Assembly: GCA_010356995.1 (NCBI GenBank)
Contig: ML996706.1
Coordinates: 1 to 64,000, forward strand
Direction: 5' to 3'
Length of the DNA: 64,000 bases
DNA from: Trichodelitschia bisporula
Taxonomy: Eukaryota
A model generated the notes under the pieces. That model worked only from the letters and a program-made list of their open reading frames with translations, ran no database searches and had not been told where the DNA came from. The position numbers and the translations under genes were made by a program. Each line of letters begins with the position of its first letter. Within the stretch, counting starts at the first letter, position 1. This document shows positions 1 to 11,232 of this stretch, one piece after another.

Positions 1-195
1 AGCTTGTTGTCCTTCTCTAGTATACAGAATGAACAGTATATATGTCCGTGATGGTTCTCCAGGATTTTCCTGATCGGCATCGGACTCGGCGTCGCATATC
101 TTCGCCACTTCGGTGTTCGCCGTGCCAAGCCTGCCTTTCGAGCATGCCGTGTTGAATCTGTGGCGGCAACCTGGGGAGGCTGGACTGGAGCCAGG

Positions 196-369
196 TGTTA
201 AGAGGAGGTGCGAGACTAATACAAACATCATAGCATCACAAGTTAGACCGAAGGTCTGTCCATGAACAAGTTGCTTAGTTGTCAAAGAGGTGGGGATGCC
301 GAGTCTACTTATACTCGAGCCGTGTGGCTGAAACTGGGTAAGGCTGAACACAGCCACCGCTTTCCAACA
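196..369 (-). repeat. 3' LTR (~174 bp) of a Ty1/copia retrotransposon
   Basis: Minus strand reads TGTTGGAAAG...TCTTAACA (TGTT/AACA inverted termini) and contains TATAAGTA. It is immediately preceded by the polypurine tract GAGGGGGAG (378..370) and lies downstream of the pol ORF. Confidence 0.8.
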
Positions 370-1500
370 CTCCCCCTCAGACGAAACCCAGTGAAAAGGC
401 GAGGGGTACGCTCACAAAGACACGAAGCTCCCATTTGTGTGGTGCTCCCATATGGACAGACGGCCAGGCCTCGTTAAACCCCTCTGTAAGGGAAAGAGTG
501 CCGGGACTTACACAAGGAGGGGCGGCAGACAGATCGATCCTCATGGTTCCCTTCTCCCCCTCACCTGGTGCGAGCCCATTCAAGACCCAATGCCTCCCTG
601 AACTGTTCGAAGCGATCCTTTCGTAAGGCTTTTGTGAGGCCATCAGCAACCTGCTTCTCCGTCGGGATGTAGTGGAGGCCAATCTCTCCGGATGTCTGCT
701 TCTCCCTGACGTAGTGGTGCTGAATGCCAATGTGCTTCGTTCTCGGGTGAAGCTGCGCGTTCTTGGCCAGGGCGGTTGCTCCTTGGTTGTCGCCGTAGAT
801 GACCGTGGTGGTGAGGTCCTCCCTTGCTTGGAGCTCGCGGAGGAGTGCCTGGAGCCAGATTGCTTCCTTTGTCGCCTGAGTTTGCCCCATGTACTCAGCT
901 TCGCAGGATGAGAGTGCAACGGTGGCTTGTCGCTTCGAAGACCAGCTGATTGCTCCGCTTCCGATGTTGAAGACGTAGCCTCCCGTTGAACGCCGAGCCC
1001 CCAAGTCCCCGGCCCAGTCGCTGTCCGTGTAGCCGACAAGGGGTTTGAGGCTTCCCTTGTACACGAGAGCCAAGTCGATGGTGCCTCTGAGGTATCGCAT
1101 GATCCGCTTCATAACCTTGATGTGTCCCTCGGTCGGGTTCGACGCGTAACGGCTGCACGCGGACACGGCAAAGGCAATGTCGGGTCTGGTACTGAGCATG
1201 GCGTACATCAGCGAGGCGATGGCTTTGGCGTACCAGGTTTTCGCAACCTCCGTAGACTGAAAGGCTTCCGGGGCTGGTTCCATATTCTCTTGTATCGGCG
1301 TCAGGATTGGCTTTGATTCCCACATCCCAAAATCCTTCAGGACCTTTTCCAGATAGCCGTGCTGGGAAAGATAGATGGCGCGCTTGCTCCTGTCCCGCCT
1401 AACAGACATGCCCAGGTAGTATGAGCAGGGTCCAAGGTCCGACATCTCAAAGCGGCTGCTCAGGGCCTCCTTCAGCTTTCCGATGTCTTCGGGGCTGAAC
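196..1500 (-). mobile_element. 5'-truncated Ty1/copia LTR retrotransposon (C-terminal RT, RNase H, PPT, 3' LTR)
   Basis: ORF 561..1508 has FEMSDLG..YYLGM, SLMYAMLSTRPDIAFAV, GYTDSDWAGD...RRSTGGY, ISWSSKRQ..VALSSCEAEY, DNQGA, HPRTKHI and QVADGLTKAL, all copia RT/RNase H motifs. The YVDD catalytic motif, integrase, gag and 5' LTR are absent. Confidence 0.93.
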
Positions 1501-1506
1501 TTGCTC

Positions 1507-2615
1507 ATGACCTCTATTGGAAAGTGAGTACTTCAGAAACGTTTCCAGTGCCTGTCCCTGACTTGTCAGCTCCTTGCTGCATCGCATCAAAGCCGGAATG
1601 AAAGAAATGCGTATCTCTGCCATGCAGTACGTCGATGCTTCTGGGCCGCCATCATATGTCAGTGAAGACCCCGACGATCAAGGCAATGACGACAAGGGAA
1701 AAGGGAAAGGCGAAGAAGAAAGGGAGGTAAAATACGTGGAACCTCAAGAATTCTCACCAAAAGACTACCCCTACAACCAACACTGGTCCAACATTGATGC
1801 GCTACCCTTTATCCTAATTCCTCAAAAAGAGCTCATCGATGCCGTCTCCGCCCTCCCTCCTAGCGCCCACGCTGAAATCGCCCATGCCCTCGCCAGTAAC
1901 ATCCAAGTCGCGAGCTACAGATTCTACCGCAGGCACCTGCTGAGCTGGGATCAAAAGGCGCTGCGGTCGCCTGATGCGTACGCACCTCTCTTCGCTGACA
2001 TCGATGAGCTACCAAAGGCCCCGGAGTCGCTGACCATCGAGCAGTGGCTAGGTGGCATCGTCAGCACACACATGAACGGGTGCTGTCCTGGCCTGATTAG
2101 GAACGAAGAGGATTTCCACCGCTCCGCGGTACACCTGCTACGCATATCGGCGTTCTGGACACCATGGAAGTCGCTTGAGCTGCTAGAGTTTGAGAACTGT
2201 TTGTCGCTTGAGCTGGACTGGTGTTTTATCTCTCAGTGACTGGGGCTCGTTGGCGAGGCTCAAACTGATGTGGAAGATTCTGCACCCGGATGAGTTTGAG
2301 CATGATGACGTGGAATGGGTGTACCCCGAAGGCTGGATGCCGGATTTGTCCAGGGTTCACGCCTTGCCGTGGAACCCGCCGGCTTCGCAGCCGTCGATGG
2401 TGGCTTCGATTTCTGCGCCCGCTGCATCAGCTTCCGAGACCTTGCCGGTGCCGGAAGAAAACGCTAGGCCGGAAACGTCCTCGGCTGAATCGACGACTTC
2501 GATGACCAAGGCCAGCGGCGCGGCATCGGATAGCCTGGAGGGGAAACGGAAGCGAAGGAGTTCCCTTACGCTCTTCCGGCGGCCCAAAAAGCAGTCCACG
2601 CTGCCGGATGAATGA
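1507..2615 (+). pseudogene. Hypothetical protein gene, one intron (1524..1569), apparent frameshift near 2230
   Basis: ATG at 1507. Intron GTGAGT...CTGAC...CAG joins MTSIGN in frame to ORF 1574..2239. Protein-like sequence continues in another frame (ORF 2190..2615: DWGSLARLKLMWKILHP...GKRKRR). The only GT..AG there (2221..2236) is 16 nt, too short for an intron. Confidence 0.5.
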
Positions 2616-3415
2616 GTAGTTATGGGTAAGGTCCGTCAGTCTAGGGGTACAGGCTCAACGGAATGCTAAGCTGGGAAAGAAACCCTGACTTAGCATCCCA
2701 TGCGTTAGGCCCTCCTCACATTTACGTGTGGCGCAGCCCTTCCTCGCCGCGTTTGACGAGATTGATGATCAAGATAACCGGAGTTTGGTGTTGGGGATTT
2801 TGAGAGGATCTTGGAGCATACCCGATTAGAGGCGATAAGTTTTGTGCTGTGTTTTTAGATAACGATGAGTGGTAACAATACCCGGAAGTTTGGTGTTGAT
2901 ACTTTTGAGGGATTCTTGGGTGATTTGGGGGTTGGAGGCATCCCGTTCTGCTTATGTTTGTGAGCGTTCGTGCATAGAATTCGAAGTCTGAATAGTTGCT
3001 CCGCTTTTTGAGTGCCAGTCATACGGAGTAGATTCGCTGTGTACCACTCACTCCATGGCTTTAGCAACGAGCACCACCCATAATCACGACTCACAATCAT
3101 TCATAACCAGTTCCTACATTCCCCATCCAACAAGGATGCCGGCCATCTGTTCTCAACTACTATAGGCTTCCTAGCACCAGGATGAGGAGCTGCACTAAGG
3201 GATATTATTTGAGCCGTCTCGGTCATGGGCAAGGACGTTGACATAAAGATCTCACGACGTCACGTCCACGGCCACCCCTAACCCACACCCGCCGCGCAAT
3301 CAAGATCAAACGCACACAGACCCCCAACCCGACAAAAAACAACCTTCACGACCAGCTCCTCCCGCCACCCTCATAAACTTTCTCTCAAAGATCAGCAAAA
3401 AGAGAACTCATCCAT

Positions 3416-3497
3416 TTCCGTTACCGGGAATCGAACCCGGGCCTACCCGGTTCATTGGTATGAAAGCGGGTGATCCTAACCCCTAGACCATAACGGA
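3416..3497 (-). tRNA. tRNA-Glu(TTC) with 10-nt intron (3451..3460)
   Basis: Reverse complement TCCGTTATGGTCTAGGGGTTAGGATCACCCGCTTTCA[taccaatgaa]CCGGGTAGGCCCGGGTTCGATTCCCGGTAACGGAA forms a cloverleaf. The intron is at the canonical position, and a T-run Pol III terminator follows (~3397-3401). Confidence 0.96.
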
Positions 3498-6400
3498 TAT
3501 TTGATGTTCAGATTCCGTGTTGTTTGAATCTCATCCCAGATAAATTACGATGCTGAGGTGAAGTGCGACAGCGACGAGCATCCGTGTTCGGATGCCGATG
3601 CCACGTCCTCGGGTGCTCCCCCCTAGCACGCCGGCAACCGGGACCGGCGGACTTTGACAGCATCTGCAGCCCATGTCCACGGGCCGAGTAAATTAAGTAT
3701 CCCGGGGAGCCGGGCGACAGAGCGCCGGTCACTGCGAATAATATGGCGGTAAATGCGACAACTCCATTCATTTAGCGCGGGAGTGGTGTGACTTTTCTTG
3801 TCGAAAGAATGCAAGATAGCGATTATCTCGGTGGCCTGAGTCTGAGGATGCGGCCATGATCCTCCTTCATTTCCGACATGTCGAGTCGGAAGCCAACGGT
3901 TCGCGATGCATGCGCGAGTCGGCCCCCGTTGAGGTGCATTTGTCGCGGCTCTGGCGGCGTGAGTGGACTTGCATTGTCGCAGTCGAGACGGTTCCTTCGC
4001 GACACCATTGCGCATGCGGAAAAGGAACAGCGTCCCAAGTCTGTATCAAGATAGGCGCAGGAGATCCGGCCACGCTGCGTCCTCATCGCCGACGGCTTCA
4101 CATCCCGCGCAGCAGCGCGCCCCCAAATCCACCACCACAACACAGCACTCTCGCTCCGCTCTCCCGCGCCCATCTCCATCATCCCACTCACGACATGATG
4201 AAAGCCCCAAAAAAAAATCACAAACCAAACATCCCTCCCCCCACTCCCTCAAACACGGTACCCGTGATCGACACCCGAATCCACGTGCCCGCACCCGCCA
4301 ACCAGTTACCAGGCCTCGAACTCTCCTCCACGGGTCCGCCTCGCCCCCAGCCCACGCGTCCGGGTCGCGCACGTTGCCGCCGGTCGTTGGTACGACCCAG
4401 AGCCCTCAGTGCGGGCGAGCGCGTCCACTCCATCCCAACCTCGCCCCTCTACCCAAACCCCCACCGCATATCCAACAACACAGCGAACGGCAAGTACCCC
4501 ACCCCCCGCCGGCGCTTCCCCAACCGCGCGCTCCCCGCCCCAGCTCAACAAATTTGGAATGCTGCACCCGCGCCCGCGGCGCCCCGGCTTCTCCCGCCTA
4601 ATGGCTTTCCCAGCGCCCGGTATGGGGCCCCGGGTGGGCCCGGCGCGCCGTCGCGGCTTGGCGGCCGCTCCGGGGTTAGCGTCGGGGATGGGGATGGATT
4701 GGGTTGTGGGCCCGATGCGGGTGGCCCTGCTAGCTGGGATGGGGGCGGGGCGAGGGCCGGGTGGGCCGGGGTGGGGGCGGGGACGGGAGGGTGTGGGTTG
4801 GGGGTGGGGTTTGATGGGTGAGGTTGAGATGGGTGATGAGTTTGCGGAGGTTTGGGTGGCGAGATGGGTGATTTCGCTGGTGGTTGAGCTGTTGTGCAAC
4901 GTGCCGGTAGAGTGAAGGGATATGGGGAATGGAGGTTTGGAGAACGATGGACTATTGGTATGCCCTTTATCCTCTCAAGGATATCTACATGTCTCCAACC
5001 TATGGTATTCACTAACCCGTACTGCGCCGAAGCTCGCGACATAAGCTTCCAGTGCCGCTGCTGCTAGCGGGTCCGTCTGAGCCGGCTACCGGTACGGATG
5101 TACATCCTCGCAATACTGTACGATATCAAGTTGCCGGCATGAAAGCAATTCGTCGATATCCCGAAGCATTCCCGCTCAGCCTCCCATTACCAGAGAGGCA
5201 ATCCACCGCAAACAGACCGGGAAGGCATTGAAGGAAGGCTCTTGTCGCCCTAAAGCAACCCCCGAAAGCAATCTCGGCTTGAAGTTGCGCCCGCCTGTTG
5301 CATTCCGTTGCCTCCTGCGACAACAGTTTGTCTATGCCTTACCTCTCAAAGGAAAGCCGCCGCCATGTCCAAACATCGCGACAGCCGGCCGGTGACAATA
5401 CCTCTACAACGCCATCAGTGAACCACGCCCGCACAATGGCATCCCAACGGTGAATATCAGGGCCGTATAAATCTCCTTACGAAGCTCGCAGGGCATTCCC
5501 AAACCAATACAGCAACACGAAGCATCGGCTTCTCTCACACATCCGACCATTCCAATATTCTTCCCGTACCATCGTACATCTCGAACTAACAATGTGCGTA
5601 ACAAAGACCTACTGGTTCTCCTGCGGCCACGTCCGTCACTTCATCATCACACCGTGCGAGCTCGAGGGTTACGCCGGCCATCCCTACGAGGCCATTGATT
5701 CACGGTGTTATGACTTCCCGTGTACGGACTGCGATCCGAGCCAGCGGCAGGAAGTAGTCTAAGGCGAGGCGGACGAACGGGCGGTCTGCGCTGCAAAATG
5801 ATAAAGGCAAGCAGAATGCGAGACTAGCCCGACCCGGGCTACGCGCGACACGCCCGGCACGCTCATACCGTAGGCCTCGGAGCTGAAACCGCGCGAAGCG
5901 CACTCTGTTTCGGCGCCTCGTTCATGCGTGATACGGTATTTTCATCCACGGCGCCGCACGTAGGTCGCTAAGAGAAGTTAGCGGGAGACTCTAATAAAAG
6001 TTCTTTCTCTTGAAACCCAACCAAATGCTCACCGTAATTTTGCAGCCGTAAGCAGGCTGTCGTCTGGCTTTCCCTTCTTCAGCTTACCTGAAATCCCGCG
6101 CTCCCGGGCTCAGCTTGCGTACAGGAAGCCCCGTCCGGGTTAGCCGCCGCGCCTCTCTCAGCCGGGTGATCCCTGCACCGCGGGGATGACGGGTGCACGG
6201 TGGCTTCTCCGCTTCTGCGGCTTGGACGTGCTGATGGCAGGGAGGGGGCTGGATAGGTACATGAATCGTGATGAGGCTGGAGGTTGTCTGACGGATAAGA
6301 GAAAGGGGATTCTGAAGAAGACGGAGGGGGCGGTGGTTGGCTTTCCGGATTTAACAATTGGGGTGCCGGGAATAAGGGCCGCGTGAAGACAAAGAGGACC

Positions 6401-9400
6401 GAAGAACGGAGACAGGAATCTCGATTGGTCCACGTTCAATACAGATTCTGTGCCTTACGCGTATCGTCAGCGTTGGCGCGCTGCAGGGGAAAGATGAAAA
6501 GAGCAAAGATTGAGATCTTGCGCATGCTTTCCGCGGCTCCTGCGTTAGGACAGTTGGAATAAAGGTCATGATCGGAACACTGGTGGCCCGATCGGCAGCG
6601 GATATGACCTTAGCTTATGCCCGGGCGAGATCGGCGCTCCATCGGCGGTAGAATCGCTGAGGCGTGCCATGTGGAGTATCTCTTGGTTGCCAATCACTGC
6701 CATTCCATTCGATATTTTGACGCTGAACTTCAATGTTGTTAGTTTAGCGCGACTGCTGCCGTCTTTGCGCGCCTCGATCTGCGGTTTGAACGGTATCGTC
6801 GATCGATCAGATCCGTGTTCTCTGCCGCCTCACCTTGGCAGGCATCCCCACACTTGACAAAATGTAGCTAAATAACTGGTCATCAAGGTCCAGGAATTCC
6901 ATATCACGATCGCACCAAAAGAAAATGAGCACCTTGCTGGCCTCATCAGCAAAAGGCGTAGTGGCTGCTATGATACATCATCTATGGCGTACTCCGTATC
7001 TTCGTCAGCCTTACTGTGCTGCAAGGGGGCACGGCCTACGGTGGAGTACGGTGTACTTTTTCTCACAATCCATCGGAGCATGAGATGTCCCGCCTTATCT
7101 TCGCAGGTTCATCGCCATGGAGCGTGGGGGATGGCCAAGGGAGTTTGTTGTCTCATGTGCATCAATGCAATAATTCCAGCGTTCGAACAACAGAAAGGAG
7201 CGCAGATGACAGCGGAAAGTCCATCAACGGGGATTGCAATATGTTTGCACGTCGAGGCATGAGTGAAGAGCGAAGTTTTGAAGAACCCCCGCGCTCAGTC
7301 GTGAGGCGTCGTGGGTTAGGGGTTACACAGCCCCTTGGCAATCCAATCTGTGAGACATATCACGTGAAAGCTACCCGTTTTCGACAAGTGGTGACACTTT
7401 TGAGTCTGCGGTGGCGCTTCGGCATGGCTGAGACACCTGGAGGGCTCGTAATCGCCTACGAGATCCAGCAGAGAATGGATCAATATAATCACTGTGTTGC
7501 TACGGCACTTGCCTTTCGATGATGCATCATCATCGAAAATCGGGTTTCTGCCCCACCTGCGCTGTGCATTCGGGCCGACTCCATCGGCGCCGAGCCGAAA
7601 CGTTCAAAGTCGCGTTCGCGAATGCCAATATTCCGCAAGGCTAGTCCCCTTTCAGGCAATGCTGCGCGGTGATGGGAAGCGGAACCGGAGTGTCGGACAG
7701 CAGAAGCGAAGGTGTTTTCTGTGTGGCTCACACTCGCTTGCGGTGACAACAGAAGCGAAGGGTGCTGCTTGTCTGGCTTGCCCTCTTTTACAATGAGCAG
7801 CAACGTTGCTACCATAGGGAAGCAAATCTAGCACGGCACATCCAACCTCATTAATCCTTCCTGCCTCCCTTCACGCAAAGAACGCAAAGCAAAGGGGTTG
7901 GCAATGGCGACAAAATCCCATCTTTCCCAAAATATCCCGGCATGGCAAAGCTAACATCCCCTTCTCCTTCTCCTTCCACTTCGCTTTCCCCCCACAGCCA
8001 ATCTCGCGTCCCCCTCCGAAACCTGCACCCAAAAAGCAATCCGCGCGGGGCGCCCCTCGGCAGCCACACCCCCCAGCACCCCAGCCCACCAATCATCCGT
8101 CTCCCCTCCCGCCTCAACCCACCCACCTCCTCTCCCAAACCGCTCTCGTACACGTAAATTCTCAACTCACATTCTCGCCCCCGATCAAGAACCAACACAC
8201 CTGCCAAACCCGAACATGGCACCCCACGTTCCCCCCTCCCGTCAAACCCCCCCTCCGGGACAAGCAGTTCACCCCAACTAGCCTCTTCCCTGCGCGCGCG
8301 TCTCGCCCGGGACACACTGCCCCGGGTACGGTACCCAGCGGCAAACGACGGTGGGTCTCGCCCGTACCCGCGCCGCGGGATTCTGCAGCGAGGCCGGCGG
8401 ACCGCAGGCGAGACAAGCGCGTTCGTCGAACCCCCAGGGGTGGAAGGGAAAAGTGGGTCCACCGGGAATGTGCCCGCGCCATGCTATTGGCCACGCGGTC
8501 TGTCTTCTACCCGAGCGCGGGCGTGGTCCAGTCGCCCTTCCATGCTGGATGGGGCTAGTCTGTGGTTGGCGCGCACGGGCCATGGCACCAGGCTGGGGGT
8601 AGGGATTGGGGGCCCGGCTGCGCGGGGCTGTTTCGGTGGCGAGATGCGGGTTTGCTGGTTCGATGGTTCGGGTGCAGTGTTTGCTGTTTGCTGGCAGCGG
8701 CGGTGGCCGGCGGCGTAGTTGCAGCGTTATGCGTGTGCTATTGCTGAGACTTCGATATGGCGAGCGGAGTCGTCCACGGGCGCTGCTAGCTTTGTGCGAC
8801 CGGCTTTTGCCGCGGCGGGGGCCGGAGGTCCCTACCGCGCTACGGTCTCTCGGCCCACAGCTTTGGTGGCGCGCTCGCTCGCTTGTTCTCGCCCGCCGAG
8901 GCACTCCCCGCCCACGGCTCGGGGCAAACACACCACGCTGGTGCGGTAACGAGATCCCAGTTGCGGACCCACAAAAACCTGCACCCCCCGTCCCGCCTTG
9001 CCGGAAGGGCCCGGCAGCCGACCAATCCGCGCACGCGCCGCGCGCACCGCCGCACGCGCTAGGCCACAGGCCTCGTCAGGGCGGTTGGTAGCGGGAGGAG
9101 AGGGGGGTCGGTAGTGGGGGTTCGAGCACCCTTAACCCAGCCAGGCCCCGCGCCCGCTGCCCGCTGGTTTGTTCTCCTCCCGCAACGTTTTTTTCGCCTG
9201 GAGTCTGAGTTCACGGTCCCGAGTTGCTGGGTGTGTCTCTGTGTGTGTGATTGAGGGCTTCTGCTGGATCTGGGACTTGACGGATTTTTTCACGACGACC
9301 ATTGTTTCGGCGGGATCACCAGCATCGGCTCAGCCGCAGCTTCGATAGCAGCACGAACACCAGCACCAGCGACATAATAACAACACCAACATCAGCGATA

Positions 9401-9465
9401 ACGGAATCAACAGCAGCAACAATAATCTCGAGTTCAGGATTCCTTCACGAGAAACAGCAGCAGCC

Positions 9466-10670
9466 ATGGCCGACTCACCCGAAGCCGTTTCCTCCAACTT
9501 CCGCCGCCGGTTGTCCCTCCGCAAAGGGCTCCGCAAGCTCCGCGATGCACTAGGAAGCAAGAAGGACGACGAAGCCCTGCCCACTGTCGACGAGGCCGCC
9601 GCGCCCGCACCGGCCGACTCTTCAACAACACCTGCAGTCATTGACTCTGCACTCACCGGCCCACCCACCGCCGACCCCTCCTACGACCCGACCCGTGCAT
9701 CCGACAACCTAACCGCCGCCCTCGCCTCCCTCTACCGGCAAACACCCCGCACCGAGCGTCTCGCCGCCCTCCTCGCAGCAGCCTGCCTCCCACCCTCAAG
9801 TCTTTCCCTCCTCCTCGCCACCGCACCAAACGCACCAGAACCACCTCGCGTAGAGAAGAAAATCAGAATGCGCGTCCGCTTCACCTGCTGCCAGTGCCGC
9901 ACAACCCTCGACCACAAGGCCTCCTGCCCATCCTGCACACACCCCCGCTGCGACGCATGTCCCCGCTCGCCGCCTAAGCGCAGCAAACGGGCCGAGGCCG
10001 TGGAAGTCGAGGCCGCGGGACCGGGAGAGGGACCCAGCGGTGGGGGCGCGGCACGGCGCGGATCCGGGAAAGAGAAGGACAAGGGGAAGGAGCGGGACGG
10101 CGCGCCGCGTGGGGATGACGCCCCTGCGGGACCCCCTTCGCCCGAGAAGCACAACCCTGCTGCACCCTCTGCGCCTCAGCAGGACCGGCCCGCGACGCCA
10201 ACTCGGAACACAGCCCGCGCGCCGTGCCACCTCTGCGGCGGCCCGATGTCGGCCCAGCCCGCGTGCCGCGTGTGCGGACATGAACGGTGTACTGAGTGTC
10301 CGGCGGCTGAGGGTGTGAGATCGCAGCGAGTGTTCCGGAGGCCGAGGCAGCGCGTGAGATGGACTTGTGATGCGTGTAGTGCTGGACTTTTGGAGGGGAG
10401 TAGGGTGTGTAAGGTTTGTGGACATGAGAAGTGTGAGGGGTGCGTTAGGATTCCGTAAGTGTTGAATGAGAATTGGGTGTGGAATGTGGGCTAATCCTTA
10501 GCAGACCGAAGACGCAGCGTACACGACCGGTGTATAGTCCTGAGGCGGAGCGCGCGGTGCATGCGTGGTTGGCGAGGACAGCGGATGAGGGGGAGGTGGC
10601 GAGAATACGGGATGTGGAGATTGGGCTGGAGGAGCTGGGGTTGAGGGAGGAGGTCGGGGTTGCGGGGTGA
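9466..10670 (+). CDS. Uncharacterised protein with three Cys/His (CxxC...CxxCxHx[RK]CxxC) putative zinc-binding repeats; intron 10455..10504
   Basis: ORF 9466..10458 has repeats CCQC..CPSCTHPRCDAC, CHLC..CRVCGHERCTEC and CDAC..CKVCGHEKCEGC. Intron GTAAGT...GCTAAT...CAG joins in frame to the last exon (PKTQRTRPVYSPEAER...), stop at 10670. Confidence 0.8.
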
Positions 10671-11202
10671 TGTCATGTCATGGAGATGTCGAAGCACGCG
10701 TGATACCCAGTTCGCGATGCATTTGAGCATTTGTTTCACGCAGCGGGGCGTTTTTTTGGGCGGGGAGCTTTTCACTTCGTTGTTTTGAACGGCCATTCTT
10801 GGCAGACCCGCACGGGCATGACGTTACGATGCTTTTTGGCGGTTATTTCAGCGGAGACTTGGGGAGAAAAAGGGTTGAGCACTCTGCTAGGGGCGTGGGC
10901 GAGGGCGAGAGCATGGCGGACAGCATTGGACTACAGTAGCTAGACGGATTCCAGCTCCGGCATATCAAGCGCGTTTACACGGCTTGTGTGCACGCTGCGG
11001 AACCGCGTTCATTCTTCCCTCCATTCCTGCCTCTTTTTTAGTGATCCCACGCCGCGTGCCCACACACGTACCCCGCCCCGCCCTGCTCTGTTGTGTCCCG
11101 TGCCGTATCTAGGAGCCGAGCAGAGGGAAAAATCCCGCGCGCGCGGGCCCACGGCCCGTCAGATGGGATGTGGCGGCGGGGAGGATGAGATGGGAAGGGT
11201 AC

Positions 11203-11232
11203 NNNNNNNNNNNNNNNNNNNNNNNNNNNNNN
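11203..11232. other. Assembly gap (30 N)
   Basis: Run of n characters. Confidence 1.

Noticed and set aside
377..1039. 220-aa minus ORF overlapping copia RNase H
   Set aside because: Alternative frame of pol with a non-ATG start and low-complexity S/R/T content.
7016..9091. Several 100-200-aa ORFs on both strands
   Set aside because: Arg/Pro/Gly-rich translations explained by GC content and skew; no domain or splice-supported model.
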